DNA of 64,000 bases, from positions 19,656,001 through 19,720,000 of the forward strand of contig NC_087250.1 of the NCBI RefSeq assembly GCF_037042905.1. The letters run 5' to 3'. This stretch comes from Lytechinus pictus. Its lineage: Eukaryota. The notes under the pieces were generated by a model that worked only from the letters and a program-made list of their open reading frames with translations, had not been told where the DNA came from and made no database searches. Made by a program: the position numbers and the translations under genes. Positions 1-12,655 of this stretch are shown here, piece after piece (position 1 is the first letter of the stretch; each line of letters opens with the position of its first letter).

Positions 1-1468
1 AAGTGTTTGAAAACGACGAATACGAGTCCAGTTATGGATGACCTGCCGTGGTAGAATCTTTATCGATTCAATTACTTTACTATTTTAAAATGAGTGGTTT
101 TGTTGCGTTTTACCAACAGTTTTGATAGTTTCTGTGCATAACAATTATTATTGAATGATCTATCACACCTGTTTTGCAATGTAATTTCAACTTCTATGAA
201 TGATTACGTAAGATTACAATTTTCAAATTTCGAGGCAATTTTGCATGTCATAGTCTACCCACGTGATGCCACTACGTCATTAAGAAAGAAGTTATGACAG
301 GTTCGGAGGTGTCATAAATATTTAGTGAGGTTGTTGTACCCGATCTTGGTAAAGAGGGCTTCGAAACGGTTAGCGGACAAGTAGCTCACTATCTCCGATT
401 TAGTCAAGAAGTTAGACTTATGACGGTGTTGAGAAACGGGCCCCAGGAGATCATCGTGTGAGTGTTGTTCAACGTTGTACGATCGACTTGATACGAGGGG
501 TGGCACAACTAAATAGTCGCATTTAGTCGACTGGAGGTCGTACAACACTTGCACATGTGCTATATACAGATCAGTCTTGTGACTGGGTGCGATAATAATA
601 GGTCAAAAATAAGACTGTTGCAAGACCGATCGCAACACGGCTTATATACATTTCACTGCCGTTGCATTCGCATGTATGCGACCTTTCCTCGGTGTTATAA
701 AATAGGAGTTAAGAATAAATAAAAGAGAGGGCAGAAAATATAAGAAAAAGTGTAATATAAACTGCACGAAATTAAAAGGGCAAGATAATTAAGTTAATAT
801 TTTCGTCTTTTAAAACATAAATCAAACTTTTCCGAAATAAAACCAAGAGAAAATAGGATAAAGGGAATTCCTCCCTCAAAAAAAAAGCCCGCATACTGAA
901 TTTGGGTTTAAAGTAAACTCTTCTGAGATTGTGGTCTTATTATGGATAGCTAATTGTTACGTAAATCTGTTATGTTGCAGGTTTACTTTATTAGCTCATT
1001 CAAACAAAAGGATATGTACATACGCGCACCTAGCTCATTGCAGATTGGACGACAGCCCACTGGAACCCCCAAGCTATGGCTGCTATTACATTGCTCTGAG
1101 TTTGAATTGGTCTATACCTCACATCAATCACAAGAACACTCGCACTGGTTTCATTCAAACGTACGAGCAATCCCATTGTCTCACGTCGACTCTCACGACT
1201 ATGCAATCAATCGTGCAACTATTGAGACTGATATGAAACCACTCGCAATCCATCGTGCAACACTCGCATGTGATCGCACGACCACCGCACGAGCATTTGT
1301 GACTTACTCGTGCAACGGGGTTTACTGGTTGTTTTTGTTGTACGACAGCTGTTGCAACTGTGAAAGCCTCTGTGCGATCTTATGAGATGACTAGCGATTG
1401 ATGCCTGTTGCAGCCTGTCGCACGACCAAAAGGTCGCAAATGGTCGTACGTCAATTGTGAAAGGGGCT
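1..1468. mobile_element. Right part of a Harbinger/PIF-like non-autonomous DNA transposon (left end outside window)
   Basis: Ends ...GGTCGTACGTCAATTGTGAAAGGGGCT followed by TTA (1469-1471); subterminal CGAC/GTCG-rich repeats; interrupts the TIR of the next MITE. Extension to base 1 is assumed. Confidence 0.5.
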
Positions 1469-1723
1469 TTACAAAGAGTTACGATTGATCCGATCAACCA
1501 CAACTATGGAGAGCCAGCAACGTCAACATCTAAATTGCATGCCTTAAAAAAAGGTCTAGATATGCATATTCAATCATTCATTCATCATTTTCTTCAAATT
1601 CAGTTTGTTCTCTTTGTTTACAAAGGACGTTGTGCAAAAATTTCCTGTAGAAAAAAAATTATGACATAGTTGGATTTCCATACAGTTAAGGTTGATCCGA
1701 TCAATCGTAACTAAGACAGGGCC
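1469..1723 (-). mobile_element. MITE (GGCCCYGTCTTACAAAGAG family), left TIR truncated by an insertion
   Basis: Reverse-orientation homologue of the intact copy at 57328-57598 (TTACAAAGAGTTACGATTGATCCGATCAA ... TAAGACAGGGCC). Confidence 0.8.
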
Positions 1724-1759
1724 CTGAATATAATTCACCAGTAAGACCAATGAGACCAG

Positions 1760-1931
1760 GTGGGTGTTTCATAAAGCTGTTCGTAAGATAAGAACGACTT
1801 TAAGAACGACTGGTGATCCTTTCTTGTGGTAAATGGTATACACCATAGGCGATGGTTTAGCGCGTAAGAAAGGATCACCAGTCGTTCTTAAAGTCGCTCT
1901 TAACTTACGAACAGCTTTATGAAATGGCCTC
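1760..1931. mobile_element. Palindromic MITE, Harbinger-like (CWG target)
   Basis: Arms TTTCATAAAGCTGTTCGTAAG...TGGTGATCCTTTCTT / AAGAAAGGATCACCAG...CTTACGAACAGCTTTATGAAA; flanks CAG and CTG. Confidence 0.8.
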
Positions 1932-2734
1932 CTGGAACAATATCAAGACCGGTATAAAATTTAAGTTACAACTCAAGGCCAATTTGATTTTTAACTGTAT
2001 ACCAATATGACTAGTTAGACCACGTCTTAACCAATGTTCCGTTTCCCAGATCGAGGTACCGGTTGAAGTTTTACTGGTTCAACTGACCAACTCGAATCTG
2101 CGTGGTTCATCCTCCTGGATCCTGGATGAAGGTCATTTGACAAGAAGACATTTTATATGATCTCGAATCCATCAAGCGTCGTCGAGAGCAATACTGCAAG
2201 AGTCGATCACACCCCTGAGGGCGCAACTCCCATTGCCGAGTGGATACCAGGCGCGACCATGGGGTTTCGAAAAGGACCCTAAACAAGTACATTTTCCATA
2301 TTCTGAAAAGTGCACCCCTTAACAAGAATTGGCTTGCGAATCCCTTCCCTTAACAAGTATTGGAAACAAAACAAGTTTTCCCTGAATTGACCGCCTAAAC
2401 AAGTACGGCGATATTTTAATTGTAATGTCTCGGATGTCGGCTTTACCCTTACTTACATTACCGCCCCACTTCCCACAACTCGCTCAAATTGGACTCTAAA
2501 CACGTAATGTGGGGGAGGGGGGGGGGTATAAAGCATTTTAGTCATTTTTTTAATACATAGACCTCGCAAATTTGACCGTAAACACGTAGATGTACATATA
2601 TATAAACCCCTATAAAAAGTTTGGAAATCTGAGTTTGGCCATTAATTTCTCCCAATTATACACAACGCATATTTGACATCATTCAAAAGATAATTTAATT
2701 CTCTTTAAAATGATACCATGCTTGTTATGATCAT

Positions 2735-2907
2735 CAAGGAATTCCTTCCTACCGGTAGGCGGGTACCCATTCACTACACCTGCATGGGTGGGCGAGTGGC
2801 AAATTTAGATAATGGCGCGCTAAAGGATGCGAGTGCTGCGATGGGATTTGAACCCCCGACCTTGTGGTTCGAAGTCCGGAGACTTAACCACCGAGCTGCA
2901 ACACCTC
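2735..2907 (-). mobile_element. tRNA-derived SINE (decayed)
   Basis: Minus strand has A-box-like CAGCTCGGTGG and B-box GGTTCAAATCC followed by a body (CCACTC...CAGGTGTAGTGAATGGGTACC) shared with the copy at 27877-28116. Confidence 0.75.
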
Positions 2908-3000
2908 TATAATGATTATAATAGTGTGATGGTATAAAATTGGTCAAAGGGAGTAGCAGTTTCGTCCTATACGTATGGGAGCTAGCGAACAAAATGTATA

Positions 3001-3240
3001 CCTGCAAAAACTCCGGAGTTGATTTAACACCAGCCCGAAATTTATATCTGTCCACACCAGAGAAGTATTGAAATAATACAAATTTGGAATCAAACCGACG
3101 CTATTTTAATACTAATTGGTGTTGTATAAATACATATCTGGTGTTAGACCAAAACCAAACTGGTGTTTTTAACACTTCTCTGGTGTGGACAGATACAGAT
3201 TCCGGGCTGGTGTTAAATCTACACCGGAGTTTTTGTAGTG
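3001..3240. mobile_element. Palindromic MITE, CACT-type terminus
   Basis: C(A)CTGCAAAAACTCCGG ... CCGGAGTTTTTGTAGTG; ATA on both flanks (candidate 3-bp TSD). Confidence 0.75.
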
Positions 3241-3578
3241 ATATAAATATGCCGTTTGTCTAGAGTCCAGGGCCAAACTGATGTTCTGATTCACCAATAT
3301 TATGTTCGACAAAGACTTTTCATCGCTCTTTGTCATGCAGGGCATTTGACAATAAATTTGTAATGTTCTTGAAAGTGTTTTGAGTCGCGTTGCAAAAAAA
3401 AAATCCCTCCCTCTCACTCTCTGACCTACACAAGTAGAGTTCTATTCTCTTTTGTTTGAATGTAATGGACCTTGGATGCGCGTTGAAGTGTGAGGGTTTG
3501 TGTGTGTGTGAGGGTGTGTGGGTGGGGGATGTTTGGTGGTTGAATGTGTACATCAATCATATCTGTTTAAATTGATTA

Positions 3579-3772
3579 GGCCCGTTAGCTCAGTCGGTAG
3601 AGTGGGGGACTCATATTCCGGTGACCCGGGTTCGATTCCCACTTGGATGCGCTAGTGCCCCTTTGGTAAGGCATTAATCCTCAGTACCAGGTCCTTCGGA
3701 GAGGACCTTAAGCCGTCGGTCCTCTGGTTGCTTGCTTACAAGCATTCATGCTTTCTTAGCAATCAGGTAAAA
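3579..3772 (+). mobile_element. tRNA-derived SINE with Deu/Nin-like central motif
   Basis: A box TAGCTCAGTCGG, B box GGTTCGATTCC, then CGGAGAGGACCTTAAGCCGTCGGTCC resembling the Deu/Nin SINE domain (from recall); a 3' fragment recurs near 40465-40485. Confidence 0.75.
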
Positions 3773-5095
3773 AAATCACCACCACCAAAATCAGATTTAG
3801 ATTTGTAAACGGGCACCTGCGCCTAAAAGATTTCAATGTTTTTTGAGTTGCCCCTTACCATAATGTTGACTGTCGATGAACGTATTAATTGTATTTATTT
3901 TTTGTTGCTATGCATTAATATTATATTATAGTTTGAATCAGGGGAGGATCCAGGGGTGATATTCTGGAACACGTACTTTTGTCATAAATCTTGTCATTTC
4001 TCTCCGAGATGTGACACCGCTATGATTGTCACAAATCGGTATTCTGAACATTGTCTTTTCCCTGTCATATCTCTCAAAGTTCCCGCTCATCTTTTCGGAA
4101 GCAATCCAATCAAAATCATCGTTAGTTCCCAGTGGGAGCCCTTCTAACCAATAATAAAGCCCCATGCATGACAGGGGTGAATTATCGGATAGTCTAAACC
4201 ACTTGGTCTACTAATGAGTTCGTCCATTTTCACATACATGTAGTCTAAACTCATTTCGTCTACAACCAGTTCGTCTAATATCCAATTCGTCTAATTCTCA
4301 TTTGGGCTAATAACCAGTTAGGCTAATTTTCACATGGTCTAATATCCAATTCGTCTAATATCCACTTGGTCTAATATCCAATTCGTCCTATGAGCAGTTG
4401 GGCTAAAACCATTTAGTCTAATTTCCAGTTGACCTAACACCACTTGGTCTAATTTCCACTTCGACTAATTTCCACTTGGTCTAATTTTCATTTCGTCTAA
4501 TTGTCACATGGTCTAATGACCATTTTTCTGTCTAATTTCCATTTGGTCTAATTTCCAATTAGTCTAATTTCCACTTGGTCTAATATCCAATTGGTCTAAT
4601 GACCACTTGGTCTAATCGCCAATTGGTCTAATACCCAGTTGGGCTAATCGTCACTTGGTCTAATTTTCATTTGGTCCAATTCACACTTGGTCTAATGTCC
4701 ATTTATTCTAACATAACATCATTCATTATTATACAGTGCATCCCACAAAAAACGAAACCGAGATTTATCGATGATTTATCATAACTTAATCGCAAATACA
4801 ATAGACAAATGACCTACCATTTTAAAGCTTAGAATCTCCTTTTTCATCTGAAATTACTTAGAATATTTCTCATTCACGCATGAGTGAGCAAAAACTATTT
4901 TAAAAGGGGATACCAAAAAGTCACTTGGCGGGCCGTATCTGGGTTTTAAAAAGAAAACCACATTTTTAAAAAGTTCAATATCTGCTCTTTAATTTGATAC
5001 CTCGATTACAGAAAATGGTCAAGAAATAAAAAAGTTCTGGTTATTTGAAATAAGGCTTGAATTTCAATAATTTCATAAAATGAAGAGGTTTTACA

Positions 5096-8000
5096 TATGA
5101 GGCGCCGAATGTACCAATATTATATAGAACAATTATTTGTTATATAATCATTATTTATTAAATAATAACTATTATTTATATATAATTTACATTTTATTTG
5201 TAAATAACTACTATTATATAAAATATCATTTCTAATTATTTATATATAATTCCAAGTAATACTTCATTATTTGTAAATAATAATAGTTCGACATTCCATT
5301 ATTTATAAATAATGATTATTTGTTTTTCATTATTTATAAATAATGATTATTTGTTTTTCATTATTTATAAATAATGATTATTTGTTTTTCATTATTTATA
5401 AATAATGATTATTTGTTTTTCATTATTTATAAATAATGATTATTTGTTTTTCATTATTTATAAATAATGATTATTTGTTTTTCATTATTTACAAATAATG
5501 ATTATTTGTCTTTCATTATTTATAAATAATGATTATTTGTTTTTCATTATTTATAAATAATTTGTTGAGTTTTCCATTATTTATAAATAATGATTATTTG
5601 TTAAATAATGAAAACGTCTACTTCATTATTTATAAATAATTTTTTCGAGTGCACCATTATTCTCATTATTTATAAATAATCATTATTTAATGTTCGAGTT
5701 TTCCATTATTTATAAATAAAGATTATTTGTTAAATAATGAAATATCTACTTCATTATTTATAAATAATAATTTTGTTTCAATATCCCATTATTTATAAAT
5801 AATCATTATTTATAAACAATTTTTACAGTTTGCCATTATATACAAATAATCATTATTTATATACAAATAACCATTATTTATTAAATAATGCCATTATTTA
5901 TTAAATAATGCCATTATTTATTAAATAATGCCATTATTTATTAAATAATGCCATTATTTATTAAATAATGGAAAACTCGCTATAACATGCAAATGTGGGA
6001 CCGCCCATGATATGAATATTCATGATGCGATTTCCTTTTTCGTGATTTTTCTTCACAAATTTTTGTCCATTTCCTCTTCATAATGACATTTCTTGAAGCA
6101 ATTTTCTAGGGATATGGTCTGATTGTAATATTCTTCATTTTCTATATAACTTCGTCTTCGTAGAAATATCAAAAAGTGTAATTTTATACGATTTTTCCTA
6201 CAGTTCACAATCCCCATAGGCGCGCGTGTACGGTAGGGACAACCGGTGAATCGACGGAGTGCTCTTCATCGAAATACTACGTTGGTTGGTCCCCGGAAGT
6301 GGCGGGCGGAATTTAGCCCGAATCCTCGATGGAAGTCGATCAAGTGCATATGAGCTGAGAGAGTGAAATATCAGTGTACTTGTACAGGCCCTTCTACTTT
6401 TTATAAATATTTCTTGTTGCTTTTTTTGTTAAGTTAATTTTTCCTGGTGTAGAGATAAGTTTCAGTTCTAATAATGCACTTCAAATACATTTTGGAGTGT
6501 CTGTTTGAGGCGTTTGGGGCGATTTCACCCTGGCCCCAAAATGCTCGCAACGACAATACGGGGGCATGATGACCCCTAAATTTTTAAAAACTTATTTTTC
6601 TATTGAAAATTATCACAAAATTCACCAAAAGTGTGCACGAAAGCCTTCGTATTTCACTTTTAAAACTCCAAAAAGTGCCCAAATGACAAGCTTGGTCGCT
6701 TCGCTGTGTCGCTTTCAACTTGAGAACGTTTACGCGTCTGCTTCCCCCCCCCCCCTCCGAAAGAAATTCTGTATACGGCCATGCTCTAAAGAGCCTGGCA
6801 CATTGATTTATGTATACTTCATTTTCATTATTTTTATCTCATTATCATCATGGCCTTACGCAGAATTTTTTCCGGGGGGGGGGGGGGGGGTGGGGGGAGC
6901 AGGACGCGCGTAAACTTTCTCATAAAAATCTTGAGAAAGCGAAGCGACCAAGCTTGTCATTTGAGCTTGGTCGCGTCGCTGCATGTCTCGCTTTCAAGAT
7001 TTTTTTGAGAAACTTTACGCGCGTCCTAGCTGCCCCCCCCCCCCCCCCCGGTAAAAATTCTGTGTAAGGCCATGATGATAATGTGATAAAAATAATGAAA
7101 ATGAAAAGTACATATAAATCAATGTGCCATATGCTCTTTTGAGCATGGCTGTTCACAGAATTTCTTTCGGGGGGTGGGGGCAGACGCGTGTAAACGTTCT
7201 CAAGTTGAAAGCGAGACAGCGAAGCGACAAAGCTTGTCATTTGGGCTTGGTCCCGTGGCTGTCTCGCTTTCAAGATTTTTTTGAGAAAGTTTACGCGCGT
7301 CATGCTCCGGCCCCGGCCCCCCTGGAAAAAATTCTGCGTAAGGCCATGTTGATAATGAGATAAAAATAATGAAAATGAAAGTATACATAAATCAATGTGC
7401 CAGGCTCTTTAGAGCATGGCCGTATACAGAATTTCTTTCGGAGGAGGGGGGGGGGGGGAGCAGACGCGTAAACGTTCTCAAGTTGAAAGCGACACAGCGA
7501 AGCGACCAAGCTTGTCATTTGGGCACTTTTCGGAGTTTTAAAAGTGAAATACGAAGGCTTTCGTGCACACTTTTGGTGAATTTTGTGATAATTTTCAATA
7601 GAAAAATAAGTTTTTAAAAATTTAGGGGTCATCATGCCCCCGTATTGTCGTTGCGAGCATTTTGGGGCCAGGGTGAAATCGCCCCAAACGCCTCAAACAG
7701 ACACTCCAAAATGTATTTGAAGTGCATTATTAGAACTGAAACTTATCTCTACACCAGGAAAAATTAACTTAACAAAAAAAGCAACAAGAAATATTTATAA
7801 AAAGTAGAAGGGCCTGTACAAGTACACTGATATTTCACTCTCTCAGCTCATATGCACTTGATCGACTTCCATCGAGGATTCGGGCTAAATTCCGCCCGCC
7901 ACTTCCGGGGACCAACCAACGTAGTATTTCGATGAAGAGCACTCCGTCGATTCACCGGTTGTCCCTACCGTACACGCGCGCCTATGGGGATTGTGAACTG

Positions 8001-9025
8001 TAGGAAAAATCGTATAAAATTACACTTTTTGATATTTCTACGAAGACGAAGTTATATAGAAAATGAAGAATATTACAATCAGACCATATCCCTAGAAAAT
8101 TGCTTCAAGAAATGTCATTATGAAGAGGAAATGGACAAAAATTTGTGAAGAAAAATCACGAAAAAGGAAATCGCATCATGAATATTCATATCATGGGCGG
8201 TCCCACATTTGCATGTTATAGCGAGTTTTCCATTATTTAATAAATAATGGTTATTTGTATATAAATAATGATTATTTGTATATAATGGCAAACTGTAAAA
8301 ATTGTTTATAAATAATGATTATTTATAAATAATGGGATATTGAAACAAAATTATTATTTATAAATAATGAAGTAGATATTTCATTATTTAACAAATAATC
8401 TTTATTTATAAATAATGGAAAACTCGAACATTAAATAATGATTATTTATAAATAATGAGAATAATGGTGCACTCGAAAAAATTATTTATAAATAATGAAG
8501 TAGACGTTTTCATTATTTAACAAATAATCATTATTTATAAATAATGGAAAACTCAACAAATTATTTATAAATAATGAAAAACAAATAATCATTATTTATA
8601 AATAATGAAAAACAAATAATCATTATTTGTAAATAATGAAAAACAAATAATCATTATTTATAAATAATGAAAAACAAATAATCATTATTTATAAATAATG
8701 AAAAACAAATAATCATTATTTATAAATAATGAAAAACAAATAATCATTATTTATAAATAATGAAAAACAAATAATCATTATTTATAAATAATGAAAAACA
8801 AATAATCATTATTTATAAATAATGGAATGTCGAACTATTATTATTTACAAATAATGAAGTATTACTTGGAATTATATATAAATAATTAGAAATGATATTT
8901 TATATAATAGTAGTTATTTACAAATAAAATGTAAATTATATATAAATAATAGTTATTATTTAATAAATAATGATTATATAACAAATAATTGTTCTATATA
9001 ATAATGGTACATTCGGCGCCTCATA
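5096..9025. mobile_element. 3.9 kb palindromic non-autonomous DNA transposon, IS3EU-like
   Basis: Termini TATGAGGCGCCGAATGTACC / GGTACATTCGGCGCCTCATA; 6-bp TSD TTTACA (5090-5095, 9026-9031), single at the equivalent site of the intact host copy; arms near-identical for >1.6 kb. TAY...RTA ends with a 6-bp TSD fit IS3EU as described in Repbase. Confidence 0.85.
5296..5970. repeat. AT-rich subterminal tandem arrays (31-bp and 20-bp units), mirrored at ~8230-8825
   Basis: Unit CATTATTTATAAATAATGATTATTTGTTTTT containing an 18-bp palindrome; CCATTATTTATTAAATAATG x5 at 5871-5970. Confidence 0.9.
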
Positions 9026-9840
9026 TTTACAGGCTAGCGTTCAAACTCACTCGACACTCCGTTTTGTTGACGATCAGCCATGCATTAAGTCTTTTGTTAC
9101 CGTGCGATAGCTTCAGTGGGAAACCGGTGAAAACACGTTTATTTAATGAAATTATGGAAATACAAGCATTGTTTCGAGGGATCATAACTTTTTTACTACT
9201 TGACCATTTTCTGTGATTTAGGTATCAAAGAAAAGAGAAGATATTGAACTTTTTAGTCATGTGATTTTCTTTTTGAAATTCAGATACCCCCCGCCAAATG
9301 AGTTTTTGGCATCCTTTCTTCGAATTGTTTTTGCTCGATCATGCATGAATAAGGAATAATCTAAGTAATACCAGATGAAAGAGGAGATTCTAAGCTTTAC
9401 ATTGGTAGGTCATTTGTCTATTTTATTTATGATTAAGTTATGATAAATCATCGCTAAATCTCGGTTTCGTTTATTCTGGGACGCACTGTATATTTGATCT
9501 ACAATTAACAAGTATGGTACAGAGTGGATAAATACCATGCATCAGCAAATACATGTCGCCAGGATCCGGAGGGGTAGAGCCGGTAGGGCTGGTGGGCGCA
9601 AAACCTCACCGGGAGGGAATATCGATGACGCGCTCATCAAATGAATTATTCTAATCAAATATAATTATTATAATTAGGCCTATATATAGGCCTATGTATC
9701 GATTATATAGATAATGATTTTGGACGGTACATTTTGGATGGTACGTCTTGTGTGCAACGGTACGAATGTTTGACATTCAGCCTCTCATTCGCTCGCGTAC
9801 AACAAGCTAAGCAGGCGTTGTACAATAGAGCATATACATA

Positions 9841-10155
9841 GGCCCGTATTCTGAAGTCAGGTTTAACTTAGACCATGGTCTAACTCTGTGCTAAAATTAT
9901 GGGAAGCCAAAAGTGTCAAAATTGTTATTAAGTTGTATGTTTATTATGTTTACTGTGCTTTTTCCTGATTCATCGATGGTGAAGACAATAATCTATTTAT
10001 ACTTCTTACACAATATTGAATGATTTGAGAGCCAAATGAGGTGAAATATTATGTACATCTCTAATGTTAGTGATTTATGTAGCAATTTGCTATCCATACT
10101 TAAACCACAAATTTAAACCTGAGTTTAAGTTAAACCCGACTTCAGAATACGGGCC
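9841..10155. mobile_element. MITE (GGCCCGTATTCTGAAGTC TIR)
   Basis: TIRs GGCCCGTATTCTGAAGTCAGGTTTAACT / AGTTAAACCCGACTTCAGAATACGGGCC. Confidence 0.85.
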
Positions 10156-10371
10156 ATTGAGGTGGATAAATTAAAATCATATTTTTTCCTCCTGTATGAT
10201 CGTATAATAGCGTTATTTTACAGAAAATTAGCAAAATTTATTGTTTTTCCTCATAACCTTAAAAATCCCCTGAAACGGACAAAAAATCCCAAAAAATTGT
10301 TTAATTCCCAAAGATTTTCTTTTCATCTCATATTTTTCAAAATTTGGGGATGGAAATATACGTCACCCTAA

Positions 10372-10770
10372 AGGCCACCGCACACCTTACGACCCGACCA
10401 GTCGCCGGCTGGCTTGCGTCTGGGTGAGGGGAGATGTGACGTCACAGCTCTTGTCAGCTTGAGAGTCGCAGACCGGTCAGAGACAAGTCGCAAGGAAAAT
10501 CGGGAGGATTTGACATGTCGAATCCTTATGACTTGATCGCAAGCTCAATCCAACTTCCAGCCAATCAGACAGCAGAGTTGCACGACGCGATAATGATAAT
10601 CAACGCGCATAGTAAGCGCACTTTCTCAGTTGCTATACCAAAAAGCAAAAAGCGCATGCGTGAGTCGCAGATCAGTCGGGTCGTAAGGTGTGCGGTGGCA
10701 CACCTTACGACCCGACTGGTCTGCGACTGGCTTGCGACTGAGTGAGGGGAGATTCAATCGCAAGGTGGTC
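10372..10770. mobile_element. Harbinger-like MITE plus adjacent partial duplicate
   Basis: TAA|AGGCCACCGCACACCTTACGACCCGAC ... GTCGGGTCGTAAGGTGTGCGGTGGC (ends 10699), then the left end restarts. Confidence 0.75.
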
Positions 10771-12469
10771 ATAAGCCTCGACACCGCACACCAACGAACG
10801 TAGATGGCAGCAACACACAACCGTCAGAGTTATCAATAGACAGAGTGGCGAAACCGGAAGTGTGCTCTGATTGGTCAGATATTTCATGGAGCCCCAATTA
10901 GTTCCCTCTTGCATATTTTCTGCGCTTGTGATCTTCTGCTTAGTGCATGCCTCCGGAAATTTCAATAAACTACACGTTTTCTCACATTTAGTGATTAAAT
11001 ACCTCGACGCTTTCAACTCATGGATATATTTTCTAGACGCCAATGTGAGTATTTTAACATATAAAGTTAACTTTTTGTAGATACATCTGGTGTTATTTTG
11101 CGTAAATCGGCTTCCAAAATAATGTCGAAAAAAGTGTTTGGTAAGAGAGAAAAATTGAATTTTTTCAAGTTTTGTGTAATCATGTTTTGCACAAATTACC
11201 TCAACGTGTTGAAAATAATGTTTTACAATGACTGTCAAGGTTGAATGATCTTTTAACAAGTTGTTTCATGTTATTTTAGGGGAAATCCATTTATTTTCTA
11301 CCAAAAACAGTTCATAAAATTTAGCATATGGGACTACCCTTCATAAGACCCTAGCCAAAGATAAGGAGCTGCGCCGCCGGAGATTTCGGCGGCGGAAACC
11401 TTAGCCCACTCTATAGGCCGTAGGCGGTTACTTGCAGGGATGGCGCCACCAACTCAAGTCAACGCTAAAGTTAGATCTACTAGTCTTAATCTGAATTTTA
11501 CTAATATATAGATGGAAACATCCCATTAGAGAGGAAAGTATCCCTATATATATTTAGACTATTTTGTTATTAAGGCCAAAGTGTTAAAACTCCTGATTTT
11601 AGAAAACCCGTATGCCTAGATCTAATTTAGACCCTAACTAGAGTTAATATTAAGACTGAAGGCAGCACTGCATGCAGTGCAGTTGAGTTGTTGTTACATT
11701 AAAATTTTTAATCTAACAAAGGAACTGCAGTGCTCGATTAAATTTACTCTGGACTAGTCTAGGGTCTAGTGAAGATCTATAGTAGATGTAGACCTAGTCT
11801 AGTCCTAGTAGATAAAAAAATCCAAGTCCAAGACCAGAGCCTACCTATCAAGACAGCCAGTGATTCAATTAAGATTACTTTATTAATGCAAACAGGAGAA
11901 ATAATGATTCAAAGTGCTTTGACCTGTGTCCTCACAAACAATAATGGATCTACATCTACAAATAACAGATTTGCTGCATGCATGGACCTAGTAGGTCCAT
12001 GCTGCATGTAACCCATCTGTGTTTGGTGTGTGGTGATTGTCATGAGTTCATCTAGCTATTACTATGTTAGTACAAGTTCAGGGCCTATACTGACAGTACT
12101 CACTACTGTACCTTTATTCACTCATAGAGTACGTTAGCTTTGTGTGATTAATTCAATATGTGTTAACGTATGTATATGCTTTGACCTTATAACTGTGACA
12201 ACAACACTTGCTTGGACTGATGAGGAAAATGGCACAGGTCTAATAGTCACATTATGGATTATCTGCTGGTAATTGTACTTGCTCACTAATTTTGTTATCA
12301 TAATGGCATGTGCTTTCAAAGGTCATGCAATTAAGGTAATGACTTCAGTGACTACAAGTTTTAAGCATCAACTTTGGAAACAACTAGCTGAACAGAGTCC
12401 CGGGAACAGGGTTTATTCATTTAAAGGTGGTTTCTGATAAGTCATAGACTGTAATCAATAATTATCATT

Positions 12470-12655
12470 GTTTTCTGGGGTTGCCACGCAGTCAAGCTTA
12501 GCTTAAAGTGGCAACCCCTGCAACCTTCTAAAAATCATATTTGGTTTATTTGAAGATTTATGTCATTTGTATTTTCTGATATGTTTTATTTATTGTAATT
12601 ATTGTATTATAATTTTTTTTGGAAAAATGAATAAATAAATAAATGAAATGAAAAA
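12470..12655 (+). mobile_element. Probable LINE (CR1/L2-like) 3' UTR remnant
   Basis: Hairpin GGGGTTGCCAC...GTGGCAACCCC, then T-rich tract and (AAAT)n/(GAAAT)n tail. Confidence 0.45.

Larger units (their letters stand above)
4734..9488. mobile_element. Tc1/mariner-type MITE split by a 3.9 kb insertion
   Basis: TA-flanked TIRs CAGTGCATCCCA.../...TGGGACGCACTG; the two halves reconstitute the uninterrupted copy at 30010-30823. Confidence 0.92.

Noticed and set aside
2050..2220. Possible exon after acceptor TTTCCCAG
   Set aside because: All plus-strand frames hit stops; minus frames give no LRP-like continuation.
2920..3417. Possible downstream LRP exon (LALDSRQTAYLY)
   Set aside because: After removing the MITE the frame soon stops, no YWTD-like motif, no convincing splice sites.
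3579..3655. Functional tRNA gene (also 2835-2907)
   Set aside because: Acceptor stem does not pair properly and the sequence continues into a SINE body.
3938..4165. 75-aa ORF
   Set aside because: Overlaps a repeat also present at about 21490-21725.
4190..4710. CRISPR-like array (also 20100-20755, 43180-43626, 45813-46015)
   Set aside because: Tandem degenerate units without unique spacers, no cas genes, eukaryotic context.
6566..7635. Mirror-image 111-127 aa ORFs
   Set aside because: Arise from palindrome arms and G/C runs; no domain similarity.
10705..11259. Longest ORF (184 aa) as a transposase
   Set aside because: Crosses three element boundaries; no DDE, THAP or BED motif.
11890..11990. 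THAP-like ICCMH motif in the 9.1 kb element
   Set aside because: Too short and interrupted by stops.
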